Part shown: in pieces, positions 39,780 through 52,779 of the stretch | How positions within the stretch are numbered: position 1 is the stretch's first letter | Layout: each line of letters opens with the position of its first letter | From: Mytilus trossulus | Taxonomy: Eukaryota | Length of the DNA stretch: 64,000 nt | Assembly: GCF_036588685.1 (NCBI RefSeq) | Contig: NC_086373.1 | Coordinates: forward strand, 90,520,001-90,584,000 | Direction of reading: 5' to 3' | Program-made: the position numbers and the translations under genes | The notes under the pieces: generated by a model | The model's input: the letters and a program-made list of their open reading frames with translations, nothing else | Told to the model about the DNA's origin: nothing | Database searches by the model: none

Positions 39780-39928
39780 CATTTATTGGCGTCCTGGCAG
39801 CGGCATTACAGTACAATAAAGATTTACCGTGGGCTTTGAAGCGCATAAATGAGCTCGGATTTACTGTCAACGAAACAAGTTTTAGTGATGTCTACAAGAT
39901 GTACAATGACGTGCTTAAGAATACATGA
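39780..39928 (+). CDS. Tandem DUF442-like protein B, exon 3 (whole protein ~445 aa)
   Basis: TTTCAG acceptor, phase 1; AFIGVLAAALQYNKDLPWALKRINELGFTVNETSFSDVYKMYNDVLKNT*; AATAAA at 40151. Confidence 0.9.
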
Positions 39929-42249
39929 CTTTAAAAATTTCTTTGCACTGATTTTTTTCTGCAGTATTTCTATGATCATTTTCTCTTCAACATAGAAAAA
40001 ACTAATGTAACATTTATTGAAATCATTGCTTTATAATTTCTATATGTTGTTAAAGAGGTGACGGATCTTTTTGGTTCTATCGCAAATGCATTGCTTATAT
40101 ATAATTGGACTGATTATTTTGTTTATTTTCTATTTTGAATTGCTTTTTTAAATAAAGATGTATTTTTACTGTATTTGTTGTGTCCTATTTTTTTCACAAA
40201 CTACGCCCGAATGCATAATTAAAAAATCTTGAAATCTTGAAACGCTTCCCGGCAAAAAGGGGGAAAATCGTAACAATTTATACATTCACGTAAATCGCTT
40301 TCTAAAAAGGGTTAATTCCACTTTTCTGTATACCAGACAGCCTTGCCATTGTCGGGATAACAAAGTAAATATAGGAGTATATTTTCTTATATACGCACAC
40401 ATATTGGTGAGACACAAACTGCTTGCATCTTTTGGAGGCAAAATGTCCTATTAGCCTGTCTATATTCCTATAGTCGGTGACATATGGCAAACTTTTGACT
40501 CCTGATTTCCAGTACAGGATCCCTAAGTTATTTTGCATACTATTTTGTTCGTGACTTACGGCTCTGTATAGTCATTGTAATAGATCTCTTCATCAGACCA
40601 ATTATCTGGTCAGTTTGTGGAGGCATTTATTTTATGAGGGAGCTTTGTTAATTTTATCTAGTAGTTTGTTCCATATTTATTATTTGTTCTACAAAAGTGA
40701 AAATTGTATTACAAATACCTGATTTGAAAATCAATCAAGTTATAATTAGTATATTAAAGACAAGTGTTAACTTTTTTTTATAAACTTTAAATTATATTCA
40801 TGAACTCTTCTCAAAATAGTTTGTTATTGAGAAGGACTGTCACACACTTTCATATCCGAGTACTACGTAAAGGAAACTGGTAAGTTAGTTTGAACAAATT
40901 GATTTACAATTTATAATTTTTATATATAATATATATAATATAGAATGATCAATGCTTTTTAGCAGCTGTTCATCAAAAAACTATTTTATAATTCAAGTCG
41001 AAACGAAAACAATGTAGACATGCATATATTATACTACAATGAAGGATCTTATAACGTTGGTTTCCCCGACAGAACATGTTTTTCGATGAAAATGCCATAT
41101 ATTTCAAAACAGTCGCGATAGATGAATATATGTATTTAAAGTTATTGCTGTGAAAATGTGATCATTGTGTGACATAATGTTATATGTCAGACGGAAACTA
41201 TCTTATAATATAATTTGCTTTCCTGTTAAAATCTTATAATCTTACATAATTAAGATCCGGGTGTTCTTGAAAAACTAGATATTTGTTGAATTGAAGACTA
41301 AAACTCCCGTCTCGACTTCAAATTCTTATTAAATTCACATTTCAGCCAGAAAGTTGTAAACATGCACACTTCATATCATTTATAAAAATGCCATGTGTTC
41401 ATCAGTTGTTGTTGATGGGACAACCATGTTTGGGGATGTGTTTAATATACATGCCAGTCAGACAGGATTAACATGACCTTGACCTCATTTCATGGTCAGT
41501 GGTCAAGGTTAATTTTGCGTGGTCAAGTTGTATCTCAGGTACTCTAACCTATAGGTTAACTATACTACGTGCATGGAATGAGTGTAAATAAAAGGACAGC
41601 GCCATGTCAGAAAAACGAAAGACCACGTAAAGACAAACAAAATAACACAACACTGTCACTGTGTTCACAGAATTACACAGAGTGTTCCCCACTAGTGTAA
41701 CCCGTAGAGGTGTTCATGATGTCTATTAGTATCCGATAGTATCTGTAAGCTATATGTTTAGTGAACTAATTATTCAATTGGTGTACGGAATGGTTGCAAG
41801 TCAGTCTGGTAGGGGTGTACGGAATGGTTGCAAGTCAGTCTGGTAGGTTTTATCGGACTGGACCTCATTTTCAATGTTCAGTGGCCAATTTTAAAAGATG
41901 TATGGTCGTTTTCGTTTCTCAGAAACTAAACATAAAATTGAGAATAGAAATGGGAAATGTGTTAAAGAGACAACAACTCGGCCAAAGAGCAGCGAGAAAA
42001 TCCTGCACCCGGCTTGCTTATTATTGCTTACATCCACTACATTTGACCTTCGGTGGATAGTTGTCTCATTGGCAAATATACCATATCTCCTTACTATTAT
42101 ATCCAGCAACAGATCATCTAAAACTCTGTGTGTGCATTCTTTTTCATATATAAAAGAAATAATATAGCAATGCTTCTTAAAGATATTATGTGTCTTTAAT
42201 CGTTCTTTTAATATAGTATGCTTAACAAAGCGCCAGTGAACCGTCTTTG

Positions 42250-42469
42250 ATGTCTGGACAAGCCAAGAGAAACAGCAGTAGCAACAGCAATGATTCCTTA
42301 CTTGAACATAGTTTGTCACTAGATTCGAGTGTAATTATCACAGGATATGAAAAGCCCTGGCTTGATAGATCTGCTATTTGTTTGGACGCAGGGTCGGATA
42401 CAGATCATACGAACATAGAGAACAACGAAACAGCTCTTGAATGCAACTTAAACATACGAGGAAATCAAG
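42250..42469 (+). CDS. Unrecognised RS-repeat protein A, coding exon 1
   Basis: MSGQAKRNSSSNSNDSLL..VIITGYEKPWLDRSAICL..; donor G|GTATA; conserved with 48035-48227, including synonymous changes. Confidence 0.7.
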
Positions 42470-43541
42470 GTATATTATTTTCGTATAATTATTTTTTCAT
42501 ACGATCGAAAATGAAATGTAAATCACATTTTAAAATTCACATTTTAATACCTCCTATCCTCGTTCATGCTATCGTCATATATATGTGTACACCGTGAGAA
42601 CAAAACGGTTGCCACTCTTTGTCTGGGGCACCGCAGGTATTACTTCATGCTATCGCCATACATCTATGTGCATCCTGAGCACTAAACGGTTGCCACTCCT
42701 AGTCTAGGGCATCGCAGGTATTACTGCTATCCAATTTTCAATGACATATTAATAGATCAGTAGCCTTCATTATATATAACTTTGAACTTGAATAAATATC
42801 AAAAGATGCAAGCAGCCACTAATCTAATAATAAGATTCGTAAAAGAGGACTATATGACCAAATGAGATACTTTTCAACAGAACTGTTATTGATATTTGAA
42901 ATCTTATAAAATCTAAATATGAAACACAGAAAACTAAAGAAAATAGCAAAACGTTGACCTAGCAATAGGTCAACTATATTTTTTGTATAAAATGATTATG
43001 ATTGTAAGGTGTATGTCTGTTTGGCTATTATCGTCGTACAATGACCTTATTTTCCAAAATTAAGTTCTCCTGGTTAAATTTGTTTCTTAGATACAACACG
43101 CAATAGGTCAACTATATTTAACGCATGTCATACTTGTAAGGTATACATGTATGTCTGGCAGGGTTCGTCCGTCTTTGACCTGATTTTCATGGTTCATCGA
43201 TCAATATTTCTTGTTAAAGTTTTCTTAGATACTATTTGTTATACTAGTAGGTCAACAACATTCAAAGCATATTTGTATATGGAATGATAGTAATGGTTTA
43301 CATGTATTTCTAGTTTGGTTTGTCTGACCTTGACCTAATTTAATTGGATCATGTTAAGTTTATGCGATAGTAATAAAAAAAAATTGAAGGACGCCCTAGG
43401 GTCGCTATATTGAAGACCAGTTGGTGGCCTTTGGCTGTTGTTTGCTGTATGGTCGGGTTGTTGTCGCTTTGGCACATTCCCAATTCCATTCTCAATTTTA
43501 ATTGCAGTAGATATATCATTTTATCTTTTATACTTTTATAG

Positions 43542-44197
43542 AACAAGATAATGGGAAAAGGCGGTCATCATTGATGTCTATAAAGAACGATTCTGGTATT
43601 GAAAATAGTATGACAATAGATAAAAGTATAATCATTACCCAGTACGAGAAACCTTGGGCTGACAGATCTGCCATTGACCTTGAACCTGGTTCTTTTTCTG
43701 AACAATGTGTTGATAAAACAACTGAGTCAAACACTACTGAAAAGGAAAATATAGAACTCCACCCTGATAGGTCTTCTCAAGGTCATTCAGACGTACAGCA
43801 AAGAGCACGTGATCATGAGAGAAGAAAAACCCGTAAACACAAAATTCAAGACAATGAAAATGACAAAAAACAAAAAAGAAGCAATAGAAAAAGTAAAGAA
43901 CGATCAAGAAGTAACACACCCGTTCATCGCACAAGACGAAAACCACGCAGATATCGATCAAGAAGCAGTGAAACAAAACATCGATCCAGAAGCAGGACAC
44001 CAATGTATCGCACAAGACGTCAAACTAGTAGATATCGATCAAGAAGCAATGAAACAAAACATCGATCCAGAAGCAAGACACCAATGTATCGTACAAGGCG
44101 CAAAACTAGAAGTTACCAATCAAGAAGCAATGAAACAATACAAAGAGCAAGAAGTAAGACACCAATCCGACGTTCTAAACGCAAAAAGCGCAGATGA
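43542..44197 (+). CDS. Unrecognised RS-repeat protein A, coding exon 2 (whole protein ~291 aa)
   Basis: TTTTATAG acceptor, phase 1; IIITQYEKPWADRSAIDL followed by HRTRR..RYRSRSNETKHRSRS repeats; AATAAA at 44395. Confidence 0.75.
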
Positions 44198-44652
44198 CGT
44201 TTCGAAAGCCAAACATCAGGTCAGCGATCATTGACATTGGACGCAAGACATCCACACGAAGGAAATAAACTGACAAAAGCGTAGTTTAACAATCAAAGTT
44301 ATGGTGGAGTTATCAGTAGTACGACATTATTGAAGTGTTGTTAGTATGTCGTATTGCAGCACATGAACTATTTTAAGATGTTGTTTTTTCTGGGAATAAA
44401 TGCAATAACCTAGCATAATGATTTATATTCTAATAGGAAAACTCAGTGCACCGAAAACACTAAAGCCCTTATCAAAAACACATCACAGGGATTTAGTATT
44501 TTAACGTCATTAATAGTCAAAGAAGACATGACTAGTGCAATGTCAAAAATTAATGTATCGACAGGTAGTAGTATAGTGAAGAGCGACATCTATAGAAATA
44601 AAAGTTAACGTGTCTGTGTCTCTATACATCTCGCCTCAAAAGATAATGAAAT

Positions 44653-45905
44653 TTAGTTATGTTTTAATTTGCTAATGACAAAATCAATATTAGTGCCAAT
44701 GTGAACTATATTCAGAGATCTAATTACAATATTGGTACGATAACCCTTACTTATAAGTTTGTTTAAAGGTTCGACGAGTTTACAAGGATCACATAGTGAT
44801 TTCCTCGCTTTAAGTACAATATTACCATAAAATTTAGGATGTGAAATACCATTTTTAATAAGCTTTCTACAGGTATAGCCAAATTTACTAATCAAATCTT
44901 TGTATCTATGAAAGAATTTAGTAAAAGTTTTAAGTAATTTATGGTATCGAAATCCCTGACACACAAATTTACCAGTGATGCATTGATTACGTTCGTTAAA
45001 ATCTATGACATCAGAACACACACGGGCAAACCGAACGAGTTGCGATATATAAACACCGTATGATGGAGCCAAAGGCACATACATGGCCGTCTAAAAAAGA
45101 AAAAATTAACAATAGGAAATGAAAAATCGTCTCTTTTGTCGTAAATTTTAGTGTGAAGTTTCCCGTTTGAAATTGAAATGTCTAAATCTAGAAAAGGACA
45201 GCTGCTGCTGTTTATGTTAGATTTAGTTAAAGTAAGTTCGTTTGGGTAAATTTCTGAAGTATATTTAGAGAACTCTGGATTATTCAACGAAAAAATATCA
45301 TCCAAATAACGGTAGGTATTTTTGAATGTATCAACCAAATGTAACAATGATGGGTCTTTACTGAGTTTGGTCATAAACTGAGATTCATAGCAATATAGAA
45401 GTAAATCTGCTATTAAAGGGGCACAGTTGGTGCCCATAGAAATACCTACTACCTGACGATACACTTTATCGCCGAAACGTACATAAATGTTATCAAGCAG
45501 AAAGTTTAAAGCTTCAATCATATCCTCACATTTCCAGTAAGTGTATCTAGCATACTTTCCTTTTTCGTTACAGAAAAAGGCCTTAAACGAGTTACAGCAA
45601 ATAAAATTACAATGAGATTTTTCGAAAGACCATTTTATCAAATACAAAAACTTTTTCTTTATAAGATTGTGTAAGTGTAGTGTACAGAGTAGAAAAATCA
45701 TAACTGTCAACAGAATTGTACGGACCATTGAAAGCATGTATTTTATCTAAAACCTCTAAAGAATTTTTAACACTCCAAAAATAATTAATACCAATATTTT
45801 CATAAGCTTTATTACAAAAGTTAATAACCAGTTCTTTGATAATAGTAAGGGAGGTGGTTAGAAGCACTGATAGATTAGTAGTAGTAGAACACTTACTCGA
45901 AGCGG
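44653..45905 (-). mobile_element. Penelope-like (Naiad-type) RT, 5'-truncated and frameshifted
   Basis: SYDFSTLYT, QVVGISMGTNCAP, RYLDD, FLDL, KIYDKRDDFSFPIVNF, SYGVYISQLVRFARVC. Confidence 0.85.
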
Positions 45906-46860
45906 AGATGAATTATGGTTGCATAATTTCTGAAATTCATGCATCAATTGTAAACAAAAACATCAGGTAAGCGACAGACTCCTTGGAGTGTGTAGTTTTT
46001 TATTATTGTCATTATTGATGAAATAAGTTGAATACCCCGTAAACATGGAAATTGGAATAGTAAGGCATATGAGATTGTATCAATTTCTGTCAGTGACTTT
46101 CATATGTTAATCACAGATAACCTAAGTGATATTGTTGTGAATGGTTAATGTGAAATACCTTGTACGTGAAAGTAGTATGAGCTGGCCTTATACTGCTCGT
46201 GTGTGTGAGAAATTGCTTGAATATGTGTACATTTCATCACTTTTAGAATCTACAAAATAAGAGTAAGGTCTGTGGTAATTTCATATAATATGATATTGAC
46301 TGTCACGTTTATGACAAGCAAGATCTATACATGTAGTACTCCACAAAGTGTTACCAGATGCTTATTCCACAAAGTTATCAATGCCAGTTACAGTTTACTT
46401 GTTCGTGTAGATATATATATATCATATTGAACGTTTGACTCAGTGAGAATTCTGAATAATATGAATGTAGGAAACAAAGATATATTAATTATTGGTAATC
46501 TTGATCATGTATTTGTATTTGCCTATGCTCTGATTTGCAAATATGCAATGCACAAATTCATTGGAAATTTTCTTTCTGTCGGGGGATGTTATATATGGTC
46601 ATATATATTGTGTCATTCAGTTTATATGCTGTACGGAATTGCATGTACAAGTGATGTCCGGAAACGCCTTTTTGTTTTACTCTCTCTTTTATTAAATGTC
46701 GTCAACGTAAGACGTGTTTTTTGTTAATGAGCAAGTCTCAAACCAAGACTAAAGTTAAAAGACGAGTCCGCTATATCGTCACAACTTGACCTTACACTCA
46801 TTTCTGTTTCAATGTCATTTTTGAGTTTTTATGGTCGGGTTTGTTTCTCATATGATAATC

Positions 46861-46967
46861 TAGCTGCGGTATCGTAGCTCTTTAGGTCCTTTGTTATTTT
46901 TTGACTATTTGCGGACAAATAGTCAAAAAATAACAAAAGGACCTAAAGAGCTACGATACCGCAGCTA
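46861..46967. mobile_element. 107-bp hairpin MITE with a 9-bp TSD
   Basis: TAGCTGCGGTATCGTAGC...GCTACGATACCGCAGCTA; ~51-bp arms and a 4-nt loop; ATGATAATC on both sides. Confidence 0.85.
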
Positions 46968-47066
46968 ATGATAATCATACTTCATCCACTTCATTTAAAC
47001 TGAGAGGGGGTCTTAACTTCAGTGGATAGTTGTCTCATTAATTTTCAACCATACCATATTTCCTTT

Positions 47067-47820
47067 TTAGCTCACATGACCCAAAGGCCCAAGTGAGCTT
47101 TTTTCGTCACTTGGCGTCAGTCGTCGTCGTTAGGGAGCTACCATTTGATTTTTATGGGGGGACTAGGATGAAATTTGAAGAAAAAAATAGGCAGGACAGG
47201 AGTTTGAGTAAAAAAAAAAGGCAGGATGAGACACTTGCAAAAAAAAAAAAAGACAGGACGACAATTTAGGTAAAAAAAATCAGGATAAACTAAAAAAAAA
47301 AAGGCAGGACCGAACAGAGTGAAAAATAAAAAAGCAGGACAGAGATTTCAGCTAAAAAAAAAATGCAGGACCAAATTTTTCATCCTAGCCCCCCCCCCCC
47401 CCCCCCATAAAAATCAAATGGTAGCTCCCTTAACTTTTACAAAAAATATTCTCCTCTGGAACTAATGGGCCAATTTTAACCAAACTTGACAACAATCATC
47501 ATTGGGGTACATAGCTTTAATAATGTGTCCAATTACCCGGCCAACTAACCAAGATGGCCGCCACGGCTAAAACCAGAACATAGGGGTAAAATGTAGATTT
47601 TGGTTTATAAATATTTCTGAAACCAAAGCATTTAGAGCAAATCTGACAAACATTGTTTATCAGGTCAAAATATATGTGACCTGATGTTTTGAGACAAATT
47701 TAACCAAACCTGGCCACGAATATTAGGGTATTTAGTTTTTAAAAATGTGTCCGATGACCTTGCCTGCCAACCATCATCGCTGACATGGGTAAAAATAGAA
47801 CATAGGGGGGAAATGCAGTC
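47067..47820 (+). mobile_element. HINE-type element 5' portion, related to 4101-5970
   Basis: TTAGCTCACATG..GTGAGC, (GTC)n, and AAGATGGCCGCC..AGAACATAGGGG units. Confidence 0.7.
47133..47429. mobile_element. PIF/Harbinger-like MITE inserted in the HINE
   Basis: TIR GGGAGCTACCATTTGATTTTTATGGGGG; 3-bp TSD TTA restores GTCGTTAAC; internal AAAAGGCAGGAC repeats. Confidence 0.85.
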
Positions 47821-48034
47821 TCTTTTTTATATCATGCAACAGGTCAACGAAATATTATGCATATAACGATTACAAGGTTTACATTTTTTTGTGTGACCTC
47901 TTTTTCATATTTAGAAAAACAATTACATAAAATAATATATAAATGCTACTAGTAGATATTATGTGTCTTCAAATCGTTCTTTTAATATAGTGTATGCTAA
48001 ACAAAGATAGCAGGTCGCCAGCAAACCGTCTTTG

Positions 48035-48227
48035 ATGTCTGTACAAGCCAAGAGAAACAGCAGTAGCAATAGCTATGATTCCTTACTTGAAAATAGCTTG
48101 CCACTGGACGCAAGTGTAATCATCACAGGGTATGAAAAGCCCTGGCTTGATAGATCTGCTATTTGTTTAGAAGCAGGATCGGATACAGATCATGAGAACA
48201 TAGAGAACAATGAAACAGCTGTTCAAG
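48035..48227 (+). CDS. Unrecognised RS-repeat protein B, coding exon 1
   Basis: MSVQAKRNSSSNSYDSLL..VIITGYEKPWLDRSAICL; donor G|GTACA, phase 1. Confidence 0.7.
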
Positions 48228-49746
48228 GTACATTGTTTTCATATAATTAATTTTTCAAACGATCGAAAAGGAAATGTAAATCACATTAATACCTCCTATC
48301 GCCTTACATATGTTCACCCTTAGCACAAAACAATTGCCACTTTTACTCTGGTGTTACTGCTTCATATATATCCAATTTTGATTTCAATGACATATTGATG
48401 GATCATTAGACTTCATTACATATATAATATTGAACAAAAAATATCAAAAGATACAACATTTTGCAGTCGCAAACCTTACAAGAGAGCACTATGAACAAAT
48501 GAGATACTCTGCAACAGAACGTGCATTGATATTTGAAATCATGAAATCTCAATATACAACACAGAAAACGAAAAAAGCCACACCAGCACTAGAAAATATC
48601 AAAGGAGAATAGAAAAATTACAATAAAAAAATAACAAGAAGCACAATGAATATTTTTTTTTACTGTAATATTCAACTAGTGTTTATGCATTTTTGAAGCA
48701 ATCTTTAACAGGAACGTTCCGAGCCAAATGGTTGTACAGACGCAGGGGTATAAATACATGAGCAATAGTGTGCATGAAAAAAACCCACCAAAAAAACATC
48801 CTTCATTTATGCCTAAAGGAGTTGCAATCGTTCCTCGTAGTTTCCGTTTAATAAAAGAGAAAAGAAAGATAACAAAGGGACAACAAAATCACAAGTGGAA
48901 GAAAACCCGACACTACCAAAAAACCAAACAAGATAACCACAATCTAGAAACACTATAAATAAAAATTAAAACACAGCGACACGAAACCAACAAAAATCGA
49001 AGGCGGTCCAGAAGGGTATGCATATCTCCTATTTCACATGTGTCACCGGCCCATCGTGTTGAAAATGGCAAGTGCAAATTCGATGACCATTCATTCGGTC
49101 ATGCCGCAAACAAGGAAAAAAGACGTGAATATTGAAATTGACAATGGGAAGCGTTTGAAATTGAAATATTTTGCATCGGAAGGCACCCATAACCAAAATA
49201 ATTAATGATATAATTTTCATATAAACATGTAAAGGTAAAATAGCTGTATCCCCTGGTGACGAGATAATTGAGCGTTTACATATATGTTTAGGTCCGTCAC
49301 ATTCTCCATGTGACTGTCAGAAGCGAGTGGTCTTTTATCAAGTGACTAACTACCTGTAATATAAAAAAAAAAGATAGGGTATAATTTACAATGAGACAAC
49401 TTTCCACAATTGACCAAATAACACATTAATTAACATATATAGGTCACTGTACGGCCTTCAACAATGACCAAACCCCACATAATGTATTCACCTGTAAAAT
49501 GTCCCTAATGACAAATGTAAAACAATGCAAACGATAAAACTAATGGTCTGATATATGTACAAAATAATGAACGAAAGGCAAAAACATACCACAGCAACAA
49601 AACACAACCAATAAATTACAGGCTCCTGCTTTGGGACAGCTAAAGCATACATGTGTCATAACTGTTTTATTGTTAAACTCCGAAATTTGGAGACGACGTT
49701 ACTGAGATGAAAAACTTGTGTCTAATTTATATTCCATACTTTTTAG

Positions 49747-50405
49747 ATCAAGATAATGAAACAATGCGGTCATCATTCACGTCTATAAAGAACGATTCTG
49801 GTATTGAAAATAGTATGATAATAGATAAAAGTATTAGCATTACCCAGTACGAGAAACCTTGGGCTGATAGATCTGCCATTGACCTTGAACCAGATTGTTA
49901 TTCTGAACAATGTGTTGTTAAAACAACTGAATCAAACACTACTCCTTCAGACGAACAGCAAGCGAAACGTGATGGTGCAAAAAGAAAAACCCGGGAACAC
50001 AAACACCAAGACAATGAAAATGACTGTATACAAAAAAGAAGTAATAGAAAAAGGAAAGAACGATCAAGAAGTAACACACCCGTTCATCGTACACGTAGAT
50101 ATCGACAAAGAAGCAGTGAAACACAGCATACGTCCAGAAGCAAGACACACGTGCATCGCACTAGACGCCAAACGCATCGATACCGATCAAGAAGCAATGA
50201 AACAAAACATCGGTCTAGAAGCCAGACACACATGAAACGCACTAGAAGCCGAATGCATCGATACCGTTCAAGAAGCAATGAAACTCAACATAGATCAAGA
50301 AGCAATAAAACTCAACATAGATCAAGAAGCAATGAAACTCAACATAGATCAAAAAGCAATGAAACTCATTATAGATCAAGAAGCAATAAAACTCAACATA
50401 GATAA
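49747..50405 (+). CDS. Unrecognised RS-repeat protein B, coding exon 2 (whole protein ~283 aa)
   Basis: TTTTAG acceptor; ISITQYEKPWADRSAIDL; expanded 27-nt HRSRSNETQ repeats; the stop is TCA>TAA inside a repeat unit. Confidence 0.7.
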
Positions 50406-51917
50406 AAAAGCAATGAAACTCAACATAGTTCAAGAAGTAAGACACCAACCCGCCGTTCCAAACGCAAAAGCACAGATTACGTTCTAAAAGCAAAACATCA
50501 AGTCGGAGATCAAGAAACATTAATTGACATTGGCCAAGGAGCAATACATCAACACGTAAGAAATATACTGGAAAAAGTGGTTAAACAAACAAAATAAAGT
50601 TATGGTGGAGTAAGACATTATTTAATTGTTGTTTGTTTATCTTATTGCAGCACATGGCCTATAGTAAGTTGTTGATTTTAGGTAATAAATGCAATAACCT
50701 AGCATGGTGATGTATATTTTAATAGAAAAATACAGTAAACCGCATATACTAAAGCACATACCAGGAGTTATTGTTCGTTCTTTAAAATATTCCAGCAGAT
50801 TGTAGTTTTATCATTACGCCATGTCACGAAAAGTGCACACCCACTCACCTTTCACCAGTTGCTAGAGATAAATAATTCTTCAAACTGATTTATTCCTTCA
50901 AACAAGGTTTTTAGTTTGACTGTTATAACTTATAATACTTACCATTGTTTTTTCGCGTGTCATATGTCCATTGTACTTTTTTGGTTTAGTGACTGCTTTA
51001 AAAAAAAAAAAAGATATACAAGTATGAATTTCTCACTTACTATGAGTAAAGATCAGTAAAAGGATACACATATTTGGTATATGAGTTCCTTGGGTTCCTT
51101 GTAACGTCTACGTATAATATTCGTCAGACAGGGTCACCTAGCTTTGACCTCATTACATAGACCATACGTCATTAGGACCGTTTCTCAGATACTATAAGCA
51201 GTAGGCCAATTATAGAACTTTGGTGTATGGAAATTTAAACTATTGTAAAGGGGAAGTTTCGGTTTGGCAGGTTTCATCTGACCTTGACCTCTTTTCATTG
51301 TTTATTGGTTTATGTCGAGTTTTTGTCGAGCCTGCGACTTCTGTTGCAGAGAGCTCGACATATGGATGGTGATCTGGCGGCTATACTATGTAGTATAACA
51401 AAATCCGAGTTCTAAATTTAAAATGGATTGGAGAGCGACACTAGCTCATTAGAGCCTCTAGTTTATTATTATTTTACATGCACTATATAGTTAGTATTAA
51501 ACCAAATTAGTTGGCTCATCCGGGAAACAAATATAAAGTCTCAAAGTGGACACATATATGTAAGACTACGCTAAGTTTGACTTTGAAAATGTGTATTTAC
51601 AGAGAAGAGCGAATTACTCAAAAGATGAAACATTTTTACATATTTGGCCTATTTGAGGATACCAACATAATTTTATTGAACCCTATCTTGAATTTCACTA
51701 TGCCTTTGTAGTTTTGAACATTTCAGTGAGTGCTTGTAACTCATATGTCAAATTGAACTTGAAATTTCAGATACATGTACTATGAAAAGAAGTCTGCTTA
51801 ATATTTGGATATTTTTATTGAGATGATTACCACAGATTGACGACTTCCAACTAAAATCTGTGAACAACAAAAATTTCCCAGTCATAATCGTATAATAGTA
51901 TATATACATTTGCATAC

Positions 51918-52745
51918 AGTATGTATACTAAAGAAATTTATCCTGTTGAACTTACTTTAAATAAAGCTAATACTAACAATGACCACTGCACTTTCCTCGA
52001 TCTTGATATCTACATCATTAACGGAAAGCTTTATACTAAAATTTATGATGAAAGAGATGATTTCTCATTTCCTATCGTTAATTATCCATTTTTAGAAGGT
52101 GACGTTCCCTTGTCACCATCTTACGGTGTTTATATATCTCAACTTGTACGATTCGCTCGTGTATGTAACAATGTTTTAGATTTTAACGAGAGAAATTTAG
52201 GTATAACTTAAAAATTATTACACCAGGGTTTTCGATATCACAAACTAGTCAAAACATTTACTAAATTTTACCATCGGTATAAGGACATCATTCGAAAATA
52301 TAGCGCAACATGCAGACTTCTTATACGTTCAGGTGTTTCACATCGATTATTTTATGGAAATCAGTATTCTTTGTAAAGCACAAAATGTCAGTATTCACCT
52401 CAGAAGCTAACAAAACCTTTAAATAGACTTATTAAGAAGGGATATAGTTACGATACTGTGATCAGGTCACTTAAGATTGCATATTTTGGCGTTAATATTG
52501 ATTCACTTATAGGGTCTTTGCATCGGAACTAATCACATATATTTAAAAAACATTTGTTGGCATGACACGGGTTGTGTTCTTCTCATATGTGTAATAATAG
52601 TATGATACTAAACCCCTCACGATAAGGATTGTGCCTGCTATTTATATGATGAAGACATATTTTTTCAATCAGTTTAATCTAAGTCTGGAGCTGGCATGTC
52701 TGTTATATATAACTGCTAGTATGCTGATGTTATTTATGCATAATT
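51918..52745 (+). mobile_element. Penelope-like RT, C-terminal fragment plus 3' sequence
   Basis: IYPVELTL, FLDLDI, KIYDERDDFSFPIVNYPFL, SYGVYISQLVRFARVC; stops and frameshifts downstream. Confidence 0.85.
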
Positions 52746-52779
52746 GTCATTTTGTTTATTTTCTTTGGTTACATCTTAT

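Noticed and set aside
43734-44234. Alternative-frame and antisense ORFs over the RS repeats (also 49879-50544)
   Set aside because: By-products of in-frame repeats; only the RS frame joins the conserved YEKPW exons, although the true C-terminal frame is uncertain
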